Of a stretch of DNA of 36,413 nt, positions 26,231 through 34,154 are shown one piece after another. Source of the stretch: a virus; IMG/VR virus record IMGVR_UViG_3300010327_000704, positions 1 through 36,413 of that record; one strand, written 5' to 3'. The first letter of the stretch is position 1, and every line of letters begins with the position of its first letter. A model generated the notes under the pieces. That model was not told the origin of the DNA and did not search any database. It saw only the letters and a list, made by a program, of their open reading frames with translations. Both the position numbers and the translations under genes were made by a program.

Positions 26231-26608
26231 TCATCCCTCAGGTTCTTCCTCTTCTTCTGCGATCTCTGGTGGCTGGGTTTGTTCTTGTTTTTGTAACGAG
26301 ACTCGCTTGTAGCTGAGGAGCGGGAAAGTGTGGGGTTCTGATGAAACCCTGAGCAGGAAGTCGTAGCCCTCCACTTTGACACGATCATCGTATCTTATGT
26401 CGGTCGTTAGGGGCAAGTAGAGGGTGTAGTGGCTTGATTCTTTGTCTCCGTATTCGAGGATGCGTTCGCGGTCTCCTGAACGCTGGAAGTCGGCCATAAC
26501 CTCCCCAACGAGTCGGAGGACTTTCTTCTTCTCGCCGTAGAACTCCTCTTCTGAATCCTCGAGTCGGTATATCCGGATTTTGTGGTTGGGGAAGTATATG
26601 GGGCTCAT
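26231..26608 (-). CDS. Head closure (SPP1 gp16-like) protein
   Basis: KIRIYR...EFYGE...ADFQ...YTLYLPLTTDIRYDDRVKVEG; position in the neck module. Confidence 0.72.
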   Translation of the reverse strand: MSPIYFPNHKIRIYRLEDSEEEFYGEKKKVLRLVGEVMADFQRSGDRERILEYGDKESSHYTLYLPLTTDIRYDDRVKVEGYDFLLRVSSEPHTFPLLSYKRVSLQKQEQTQPPEIAEEEEEPEG

Positions 26609-26609
26609 G

Positions 26610-26891
26610 TCATCGTCTGGGCACGTACTTTACTTCAATCAGTTCTTTGAAGGGTAGGGTCACTGGGAATCGGATTTCACCGTTCTCGAAGATGTAATCG
26701 GCGACTTCAAGGCCTTCTGGGCGTCTGCGAGGTATGACCTTAACGTGGATGATTTTTTCAGCGTCTACTTTGATGCTGGATCCGTCGCTTCGAACCTGAA
26801 GCGCTCTAATCTCTTGTTTCTTTGATTTTGAGGTTTTGGGCTTGCCTTCTGTCTTGGCCTTCTTCTCTTCCGCCTTTTTTGTCTTAGGCAT
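26610..26891 (-). CDS. Small virion protein with a Lys-rich N-terminus and a beta-module shared with the 830-aa tail protein
   Basis: GGAGG SD favours ATG 26891 (track start 26906). C-terminal DYIFENGEIRFPVTLPFKELIEVKY. Confidence 0.6.
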   Translation of the reverse strand: MPKTKKAEEKKAKTEGKPKTSKSKKQEIRALQVRSDGSSIKVDAEKIIHVKVIPRRRPEGLEVADYIFENGEIRFPVTLPFKELIEVKYVPRR

Positions 26892-26906
26892 CTTATATGC
26901 CTCCAA

Positions 26907-27362
26907 TTATCTGACGACCTCCTCTGAGAATTCCATCACCGAAATGGACACGGGGAGATCATCCATTTTGAAGTTGATCTGTTCAACGTTGATAAGGTGG
27001 AAAATGAACGTTGTGAATGTTGGGAGAGTCATAAAATTCGTTTGGTTGTCGAAATTGACTTGGAAGCTGTCTCCTTCGCCGAATGCCGCGAACATTACCT
27101 TGACGGGTTCGCCGGGTGATGACAGCTCATAGGAGTCTTCAGGTGTCTCGGTGGTGAGCTGTATGGTTTCTGGTTCTTGTGGGACGCTGTACGCTTGCCC
27201 AGCGTTGACTTTGAAGTTGCCTCCGGCGTCGATTGGGAATATGCCGAGTTGGTCGTCGAGTATGACGTATATTCGGCCCTCCGGGTCCACCTTGATCGGT
27301 ACGAAGGTTGCTTCGGGCGTCTGCCCGCCTAAGAGGGTCACAATTGCACGCCTCCATTTCAT
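26907..27362 (-). CDS. Hypothetical virion (neck/whisker-like) protein
   Basis: Overlaps the adaptor stop; acidic and beta-rich; VPIKVDPEGRIYV motif of the kind seen in fibre/collar proteins. Confidence 0.55.
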   Translation of the reverse strand: MKWRRAIVTLLGGQTPEATFVPIKVDPEGRIYVILDDQLGIFPIDAGGNFKVNAGQAYSVPQEPETIQLTTETPEDSYELSSPGEPVKVMFAAFGEGDSFQVNFDNQTNFMTLPTFTTFIFHLINVEQINFKMDDLPVSISVMEFSEEVVR

Positions 27363-27844
27363 TTGGTGTATTCAGTGAAGAATTCGGCCCAATTAAGGCC
27401 TGTTCTCTTTTTTTCGCCTTTCGCTGTCGTCCATGTTGTGCCGGCTGTGAACGCTCTGATTCCGATGATTCGGGCTAAGAGTCGCTTGTACATCGAACAA
27501 TAGTCATATTCTGTTTGCCTGCTTTGTCGGAGGCCTACCTCGGCTGGAGAAGCGTACGTAACTGTTATATCACCTTCCCTGATCGATTTGACCTCACCAC
27601 CTCCGATATGCCCTGGGCTCTCTTGTGAGGGTGCGAGATAGCCTCTGAGTTGTAGCCAGGCGAGCACCCCATAGACGACACATTTCCGGGCCGTGATATT
27701 GTCACGGGTGAGTGACGGTCTGATCTTGAGGAGTTTGGCGCTGATATCAGCTATCTTAACCCCGATCAGGCTCTCATGCTCCTCGATAAACTCATCGGAC
27801 AGATTTCCCTCCTTCTTTATGTCATCAATGGTGCATAAGTCCAT
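27359..27844 (-). CDS. Head-tail adaptor (SPP1 gp15/HK97 gp6-like)
   Basis: CTIDDIKK..., helical core, VKSIREGDITVTY, YCSMYKRLL. Confidence 0.75.
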   Translation of the reverse strand: MDLCTIDDIKKEGNLSDEFIEEHESLIGVKIADISAKLLKIRPSLTRDNITARKCVVYGVLAWLQLRGYLAPSQESPGHIGGGEVKSIREGDITVTYASPAEVGLRQSRQTEYDYCSMYKRLLARIIGIRAFTAGTTWTTAKGEKKRTGLNWAEFFTEYTK

Positions 27845-27876
27845 CTCGCGTCCTCCAGCCGCGTAGGCCCCTGGGT

Positions 27877-28332
27877 TTAGGCTGATCTGAGCAGTATGAC
27901 TGTATATGTGACGCTCTTGCCACCTCCGGGCGCTTCCCCGAGAGTCACGGTCACTTTCTTCTCCTGCGAGTTAATGCTCACTGATTTGGCGGGTATGGCG
28001 CCGGCCCCGCCAGACACGGCTGACTGGAACGCGCCGAGGATCTGGGAGTTGCCGTCTTGTATGTCTGCGGTTCCAGAGATGTCAGTTCCGGAGACTTGGA
28101 CGGTCACGACTTGCAATTTGATCTTGGGGAGCGTCACGGCTTCGTCGTCGAGTCTTGCGGTTGTGATGGCCTTCTCAGCGATCTTCGCGGTCGTCACCGC
28201 ATTGTTTTTGATGTGCCTGCCTTCTATGGAGTTGTCTGCGATTTCGCCGGCCTCGATGGTTCCGAGGTCCTCGATCAAAGCTCTGACTCGCCCTTTCCGG
28301 TTGAACAGCAGTCGCCTGAGTCTCTGATCCAA
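27877..28332 (-). CDS. Head fibre/decoration protein
   Basis: Directly after the capsid gene; 10-aa repeats IADNSIEGRH/IKNNAVTTAK/IAEKAITTAR/LDDEAVTLPK. Confidence 0.65.
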   Translation of the reverse strand: MDQRLRRLLFNRKGRVRALIEDLGTIEAGEIADNSIEGRHIKNNAVTTAKIAEKAITTARLDDEAVTLPKIKLQVVTVQVSGTDISGTADIQDGNSQILGAFQSAVSGGAGAIPAKSVSINSQEKKVTVTLGEAPGGGKSVTYTVILLRSA

Positions 28333-28374
28333 TATATTCGCCTCCTAAGAGTAGAAAATTTTAAATGGGGCGTT

Positions 28375-29382
28375 CTATGAAACCTCTGATATGAGCGCTG
28401 CGACGGCAGAATTCACATCAGAGTATGTACAGTCGCCCCTGAATGTGAGAACGTGCTCCACAACCCTCTCTCGGGGTCTGCGGTCTGACTCGACTGTGAT
28501 CTCCCTGAACACGCCCCACACCATGCTGGCAGGCCTTGCGAGGAGAGCCTGTTTCCCAGTGAGGCCAGTGGCGGTTTCATCGTCGAGTGATGGCACGTGT
28601 CTGACCGGTATGCCGTCGTAGCTGAGTTCACCGCGTCCGAGGAGGGCCTCGTCACCCAGTGAGGTTTCTCTGCCGGCTATGATGTCTCTATAGGCTGCAT
28701 AGGTCTCCCAGTCGACATAGAAACGCAGTTCTTCGCGTGGTGTGAGATATCTCTTTGGCATGGCCTCTTCCATGGCTGCGAACATGTCTATGGGGAAATC
28801 GCTGCCATTGGGGTCGAAATCAGGGCTGGCTCCGTCGTGGGTGTATCCGTAGACTTTATTCGCGGCTTTCTTGATCCAACCGTCCAGAGTTTTCAGTAGG
28901 GGGTTTCCTGATGGTATGGTTAGGCTCGTGTCGCCTCTGAGGAAGACTGTTTCGAGATCGAGGGATGCAGCGTTCGCCATGAGCTCGGTGACGGTCTGCT
29001 CGAAGTCCGGGCCCTCAATGGTGTCTTCGAGGGTGTTGAAATCGATCGAAACGACCATCACGAATTCCTGCGCGTTGAGGACGTTGCCTTGGGAAACTAC
29101 GGTGAATTCGTCGGTGCCCTCTTCGCCAGGGATTATCTTGTCCGCCCCTACTCTGCCGGGGTACAGATAGCCTCTCGGCGCGTCGATGGCGCTTATCTCG
29201 GTTTCGAAACTGTTCATCTTCCGTAGTGTGGCCTCCTCAAGGACGGGGCTTCTTTCTTCGATGACTCTGATGAATTTGTCGAGCTGCTCCATGGCCTTGA
29301 GGCCGCCGGAGAGAGAATCGTCGTCCACCAGCTTGAAGACGCCCTTTGAAGATATTATGTCCAGGTATTCGCGTAGATCCAT
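28375..29382 (-). CDS. Major capsid protein (HK97 fold)
   Basis: GGL..EQLDKFIR, DLETVFLRGD, LDGWIKKA, AMPKRY, YDGIPV, REITVESDR. SD GAGGTG favours ATG 29382 (track start 29397). Confidence 0.93.
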   Translation of the reverse strand: MDLREYLDIISSKGVFKLVDDDSLSGGLKAMEQLDKFIRVIEERSPVLEEATLRKMNSFETEISAIDAPRGYLYPGRVGADKIIPGEEGTDEFTVVSQGNVLNAQEFVMVVSIDFNTLEDTIEGPDFEQTVTELMANAASLDLETVFLRGDTSLTIPSGNPLLKTLDGWIKKAANKVYGYTHDGASPDFDPNGSDFPIDMFAAMEEAMPKRYLTPREELRFYVDWETYAAYRDIIAGRETSLGDEALLGRGELSYDGIPVRHVPSLDDETATGLTGKQALLARPASMVWGVFREITVESDRRPRERVVEHVLTFRGDCTYSDVNSAVAALISEVS

Positions 29383-29409
29383 CCTTATCCACCTCAAAAT
29401 GGAATTATA

Positions 29410-30030
29410 TTATCTTTTGATCTTTCTTCCGAATTTGTCTCGGCCCAGTCGGCTATAGAAGTCGTCTGGTTTGGGCTTTTTGGAGGATTCCTTCAGTTTC
29501 TTGGTTGTTTCGCCGCCAAACTTCTCCTCAACCTTTTCGAGGCGTTTGGCGAATTCTTCGATCTGTTCTCTGATTGTTTCGGTGGCTTCTTTTGTGACCT
29601 TGTCTGAGACGATCTCAGCGAGCTTCTTGAATGTGTCCGCGTCTTCGTGTCCCTTTTTGACTTTCTGCGTGTCTTCTTCCTTCTCTTCTTCGTCCTTTGG
29701 CTTCTCGTTGGCTTTCTCGGGCTCTGGGACAGGATATCTCTCCTCCTGAGCCCTGAGATATTCTATGATTTGGCGGGCTGCATCGCGAACCTCGGAGGGG
29801 AGGTTTTCATCGTCGACGATCGCTTGCAGCTGCTCAACGACTTTGGCGATGGCATTCTCCTTCTTCTCTGTCTCAGAAGGTGGTGCGTAGGAGTATCCCA
29901 TTACAGCGGCTTCAACGGCCGCTATGGCCTTGTCGATGGCTTGGCGGGCTGCGACGAGCAGATCGAGAACGTCCTCGGATCCGCCAGTCTCTTCGGCCTC
30001 CTCCTTCTCTTCTTTGATGTTTTTTGTCAT
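29410..30030 (-). CDS. Probable nested scaffold protein (206 aa) from an internal in-frame start
   Basis: GAGGTGA lies 5 nt before in-frame ATG 30030 (MTKNIKEE...), right after the protease domain. Confidence 0.55.
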   Translation of the reverse strand: MTKNIKEEKEEAEETGGSEDVLDLLVAARQAIDKAIAAVEAAVMGYSYAPPSETEKKENAIAKVVEQLQAIVDDENLPSEVRDAARQIIEYLRAQEERYPVPEPEKANEKPKDEEEKEEDTQKVKKGHEDADTFKKLAEIVSDKVTKEATETIREQIEEFAKRLEKVEEKFGGETTKKLKESSKKPKPDDFYSRLGRDKFGRKIKR

Positions 30031-33000
30031 GGGGTTCACCTCTTCGTCCATTTTGAGAATTACCCACCGTGCGTCTGGCACGGCAGGATTGGAAACGAGA
30101 CTGACCTCGAAAACCTCAAGATCTCTGAGTTCTTGGGGTTCTTGGTCTTGGGGCTCGTCATCGGCCGTCTTCATCCGATCAGGAGCTTGTGGGCAACTTT
30201 TGCATATTCCTCCGATTGAAACGCCTCTGATCTCTCCTTTTTTGATCATACGCCACAGTTCCGGGTTATGTATCTTGAAGCCGATCATCCACGTCCCCGG
30301 CGGCAACTCATCACCATCCGCGAGCTCGTAGGGCTGTCTGAGAATGTAGGATTCTACGATTGTGACGTCGCTGCGGGGAAGTGGTGCTTCGTGCATGAAA
30401 TGGACGCTCTGGTAGTTTGCCATGAAATTATGGGCTGTACGCTCGATTTCCTCGGCAGAGATAACGTCGCCGTGCTTATCCACGCGGTTAGGTACGAGGG
30501 CGGGGGCCAGGGCGAAACGCTCTTCATCATCGATTTTCACGATTCTAGCGTAGATCTCGGCTCGCTTCTCCTTGCCCTGCTCTTCGTCTTTTGGTTTCCA
30601 TTCGGTTACGTCGATTAGCTTGGGTTTCTCGCCGGGTTTGGCCCATACAAGCCATTTCTGTCCTTTCTGCTTCAATTCCTTGACAACGTCTTCTAGCCTG
30701 TTCTTTTCGGCGTAGGGCGTCTGATCTTCGGGCTTTTCAAGGAGCCAGATCCTACGGCCTGCCACTGGAGCGTATTCGATCAGATAACGCCCCGTCAGTT
30801 TTTCGCCGTGTAGGAAGATTTCGAAGAAATGCTCTCTCCAGACGCCGATTTCGTAGGTTCCAGAGTCTATCAGGAAGAATTTGCTCCATTTATGGGTTGT
30901 GGAGCCAACATCCCGCGGTGGGACGACTAATGGCTCGTCTTTTCCAACCTCGAGCCATTCCTTGGGTTGTGGGAGTTTGAACGCGCCTTGGAGTTTTCTA
31001 TTTCCGAGGTTGTAGAGTAGGCTGCCTCCCGCCTCTCTATTCTCCTTTGTATCGCCGAGAAAAGCCGTGAAACCCCATAAGTGGTCGTCCACCGAGAATC
31101 TGAGATCGGCATGCAAGCTATGATCAGTTTCAAGGAGCTCCTCATTCGATTTCTTGGTATCCTCTTCCGAGAGGCCTCTCCAGTGATGCTGAACGACGAA
31201 CTGGCCTTTCCCGGAGGGTGGGAACTCCTTGTACCAGTTTTCAGCCCAATACTCTGCCGCGGCCTCGCTTCTCGTGTCAATCTCTTCGCCGTCGTCTTCT
31301 TTGATCAGCTCCTCGATTCCCAATGGGCCGTGGAGAGCGTAGATCATCTTGAGCTCTTGGCTCATGTCTTCGAGGTCGCCTGGGGTTTGTTCGTAGAGAC
31401 TGGTGTATAGGGCTTTGTAGATTTTCATTTCCTTGGTTGTGGGCTCGTATTCTTTGAGGAAGTTGTATTTGGTCTTGTTTTTTGTCCAGTCGGAGTGGAG
31501 GAGGGTCTGTATGAGGTCATCGTCTACTATGGGGTCTTGTTTCTTGGTCTCGGCTGGTATTCTGGTGTCGTTGAGTATGCCAGCCCTTCTCGCGAGGTCG
31601 ACAGCCTGTCCAGCAGTGTATGGTTCTTTTCTTTCTTTGTCGATGTCTATTGGGACGGCGGCTGTCCAGCTCAGCTCATCCCCGTCCTTAGTTTGGCGGA
31701 TCATGATCTCCTGAGGCTGTACTGTGATGATGTCGCCGGGTTTGGCCTTGAACGGCGCGTTCATCGTATATTTCATATTCACGTACGTTTTGCCTCGGAA
31801 TTCGACGACATTCGCGAATGGGAGTTCACCTGGTAGGAGGCCGCAGTCGAAGGAGTACGTTCCGTTCTTGTTTTTCCGAGCCTCCAGTACGATGGCTTTC
31901 AGTTCGGCTACTTTCTTGATCTTGGCGGTGGAATCGTTTGGGCCCTCGTGGTAGGGTGCTGTTTCATCCTTGAGGACGATACCCTCGCTGAGCTGGTAAT
32001 TGCCAAGCTCTTGGAAGGCCTTAGCAAGATCTTCGAGGCTTCGGATTTTCATTTGGTGTGAGATGTCGAAATGTTTGCTGTTTTTGAGGTGTTGGTCGTG
32101 GAATCGTTCGAGGATTTGTCTGCGTTCGCGTAGCGGCTTCTTTCTGAGATCGCCGCCGGCTCTGTCCCAGTACAGGATGTCGAAGGCTGTGAAGACTGGA
32201 TAGACGTCCTTGGGGAGCTCTGGGTTGTCGGCTGTGAGGGACATGACGTTCAGGCGGGGTAGTCGTTCGTCGCCTCTGTATAGGCCTACGTCGCCGTCGA
32301 GGATGAAATCGGCGCCGATCTGTTGAATGGCCTTGATGAGTTCGGGTATCTGATCTTTCCGTTCTTTCTGAGCGTCCTCGAAGAAGATGCTCACCTTGTC
32401 GCCTTTCTTTTGGATGATGGCTCTGAATCCGTTGAGCTTGTTCTCTGCCACAGCCTCAGGATGCTTTTCAAGCCATGTTATGAGCTCTTCGGGTTTGAAG
32501 GCCTCGGTCCCGGCGTAGTAGAATCCCATTCTGGGTTTGGATGGTGTGAAGTGCGTGATCGGTCCCCATTCCTTTCTTAGGATTGGGATTTTTTCTTTGG
32601 CTTTGGATGCGAGTTCGGATAGGTTATCGAGGGCCTTCCAGAAAGGGTTCACGATCTTCACGTCCCTTTTGTCACTCCTGACGAGCGCGAGGTCGTATAT
32701 GGGCACGTAATTGGTAAAGGCGCCCTGAGGATTGTTTATCAAGTGTATGGGCTTTTCTTTGTCTGGTGTGAGAGTGAGGCGGATTGGAACATAGACGCTT
32801 TCAAATTTAATCTGATAAGAGTCGCCTTTTAGGTCGGCCCTCACCAGAATGTCGATGTCGTCGTAATTTGGCCTTCGAACGGCCGACCCAACCAGATCCA
32901 CGAATTCTGGGACGAGTATGATCTTTTCGGGGAGTTCGTCGAGGTCAACCGGCAAATTCGAGGCGTCTTTGAGCTTTTTATCGAGTTCATCACGTATATG

Positions 33001-33192
33001 ATGTTGGAGGCTTCTTCGGGCCATCTCCGCGACTATCAGATGGTGAGCGTTGACCACATCCTCCAAATTGATGTTTTCGCCGCCTTGCTCCCTGATCTTG
33101 GGATACAGTTGGTGGCAGCGGCGGTGGAGATTGAGAAGCTCATCATCAGGGGCTCTTTTCAGGTTTTGGGGGTTTACCTCACGTATTTTCAT
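29410..33192 (-). CDS. Multidomain head protein: helical N-domain + Pol-beta-type NTase + ATP-dependent ligase + LigD-type 3'-phosphoesterase + XkdF/S78-like prohead protease + scaffold
   Basis: Numbered on the track's 1316-aa ORF. NTase: LVGS...DDIDIL (aa 156-172). Ligase: ENKLNGFR, FILDGD, FTAFDIL, PLRERRQIL, EGIVLKD, KIKK (aa 305-483). Phosphoesterase: FVVQHH...LHADLR...IDSGTYE...FLHGEKLTGRY (aa 721-859). Protease: LVPNRVDKHGDVI...HFMH...GTWMIGFK...IKKGEIRGVSIGG...EVSLVSNPA (aa 950-1095). Charged helical tail. Likely start is ATG 33192 with a GAGGGG SD. Confidence 0.85.
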   Translation of the reverse strand: MKIREVNPQNLKRAPDDELLNLHRRCHQLYPKIREQGGENINLEDVVNAHHLIVAEMARRSLQHHIRDELDKKLKDASNLPVDLDELPEKIILVPEFVDLVGSAVRRPNYDDIDILVRADLKGDSYQIKFESVYVPIRLTLTPDKEKPIHLINNPQGAFTNYVPIYDLALVRSDKRDVKIVNPFWKALDNLSELASKAKEKIPILRKEWGPITHFTPSKPRMGFYYAGTEAFKPEELITWLEKHPEAVAENKLNGFRAIIQKKGDKVSIFFEDAQKERKDQIPELIKAIQQIGADFILDGDVGLYRGDERLPRLNVMSLTADNPELPKDVYPVFTAFDILYWDRAGGDLRKKPLRERRQILERFHDQHLKNSKHFDISHQMKIRSLEDLAKAFQELGNYQLSEGIVLKDETAPYHEGPNDSTAKIKKVAELKAIVLEARKNKNGTYSFDCGLLPGELPFANVVEFRGKTYVNMKYTMNAPFKAKPGDIITVQPQEIMIRQTKDGDELSWTAAVPIDIDKERKEPYTAGQAVDLARRAGILNDTRIPAETKKQDPIVDDDLIQTLLHSDWTKNKTKYNFLKEYEPTTKEMKIYKALYTSLYEQTPGDLEDMSQELKMIYALHGPLGIEELIKEDDGEEIDTRSEAAAEYWAENWYKEFPPSGKGQFVVQHHWRGLSEEDTKKSNEELLETDHSLHADLRFSVDDHLWGFTAFLGDTKENREAGGSLLYNLGNRKLQGAFKLPQPKEWLEVGKDEPLVVPPRDVGSTTHKWSKFFLIDSGTYEIGVWREHFFEIFLHGEKLTGRYLIEYAPVAGRRIWLLEKPEDQTPYAEKNRLEDVVKELKQKGQKWLVWAKPGEKPKLIDVTEWKPKDEEQGKEKRAEIYARIVKIDDEERFALAPALVPNRVDKHGDVISAEEIERTAHNFMANYQSVHFMHEAPLPRSDVTIVESYILRQPYELADGDELPPGTWMIGFKIHNPELWRMIKKGEIRGVSIGGICKSCPQAPDRMKTADDEPQDQEPQELRDLEVFEVSLVSNPAVPDARWVILKMDEEVNPMTKNIKEEKEEAEETGGSEDVLDLLVAARQAIDKAIAAVEAAVMGYSYAPPSETEKKENAIAKVVEQLQAIVDDENLPSEVRDAARQIIEYLRAQEERYPVPEPEKANEKPKDEEEKEEDTQKVKKGHEDADTFKKLAEIVSDKVTKEATETIREQIEEFAKRLEKVEEKFGGETTKKLKESSKKPKPDDFYSRLGRDKFGRKIKR

Positions 33193-33218
33193 ATTATCCC
33201 CTCGGGGGAGGGTTGGGG

Positions 33219-34154
33219 TCATATTGGTGTGATTTGGAGCCAATCTGATCCTGGTGGGGCCACAGGAACCCAAGTGCATCGGCAATTCGGGTGCTGCGGG
33301 ATCAGATCCTTCACTTTTGGGTCTGCGACCCTTAGAACGGCCCCATCCCATTTTCGGCATCGTCTACAGACTTTTGAGTCCCGGGCAGTGAGATACATGA
33401 CTTCCTGGACCCCAGCCGCCGTGCACGCCTCCAGTTTGGCTAATTTCGAAGCCGCGGATAATTCTGTTCGGAGAACTCGGGAGAAGAGATACCGGGTGCT
33501 CTTGTACGCTGAGTCGACTGGATTGAAGAGTTTCATGATGTTGGCAGCTATTTCGTCTGCTGTTGCACGTGTGGCGAGACCGTCAGCGATAAAAGAAGCA
33601 GCCAGACCACCCAAGCGTTTTGGGAGCGTTTCGAGGGCTGGGGATGCCATTTCAGCTATTCGGACGTTTAGGGCGGCTAATTCGGGCTCTGGAAGCCTAA
33701 GGCCCGATGGTGTCAGATTCACGTATCTCAGAATCTTCTCGAGTGTTTTCTCGTAGGTGGCGGCGTACTGGGTTTGCATTCTTCGAAGGACGAGTTCTCT
33801 GGGCTCTCTGAGGTGGTATGCGAGTAGTGCGATGATCGCACTGATCAGGAGGATGTCGTCGGTGTCGAGGCCTTGTTCTTCGAGTTCTCGACGGATTTCC
33901 TCGTCGATGGCGTACTCTTGTTTGGCCACAGCCTTCTTGTCCCTCCATTCATGGATTAGACGACTGAGGTCGTTCTGTGCTCTGGCTATTGCTTTGTCGA
34001 AGGCTTGTAGGAGTCTGTCAGTCTCTTGGATGATCTCTGAGCGCGTGGCATGGTATTCTACAGTGGTGTGTTCGATTGGTTGGGATTTGAGGCCGTCCCT
34101 GAGAAGAGTGATTTTTCGGATGACGTCGTCGAGCTCGTGTATGATTCCCTTCAT
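33219..34154 (-). CDS. MuF/SPP1 gp7-like minor head protein
   Basis: RVLRTE..., YLTARDSKVCRRCRKWDG, IPQHPNCRCTWVP; follows the portal. Confidence 0.92.
   Translation of the reverse strand: MKGIIHELDDVIRKITLLRDGLKSQPIEHTTVEYHATRSEIIQETDRLLQAFDKAIARAQNDLSRLIHEWRDKKAVAKQEYAIDEEIRRELEEQGLDTDDILLISAIIALLAYHLREPRELVLRRMQTQYAATYEKTLEKILRYVNLTPSGLRLPEPELAALNVRIAEMASPALETLPKRLGGLAASFIADGLATRATADEIAANIMKLFNPVDSAYKSTRYLFSRVLRTELSAASKLAKLEACTAAGVQEVMYLTARDSKVCRRCRKWDGAVLRVADPKVKDLIPQHPNCRCTWVPVAPPGSDWLQITPI

Noticed and set aside
33193-33360. 56-codon N-terminal extension of the head fusion overlapping MuF, with a C-CCA-AAA heptamer (33321-33315) that would shift MuF -1 into the fusion frame
   Set aside because: The shift would remove MuF's conserved HPNCRC motif, the heptamer is weak, and ATG 33192 has its own SD. 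The open overlap is plausibly chance.
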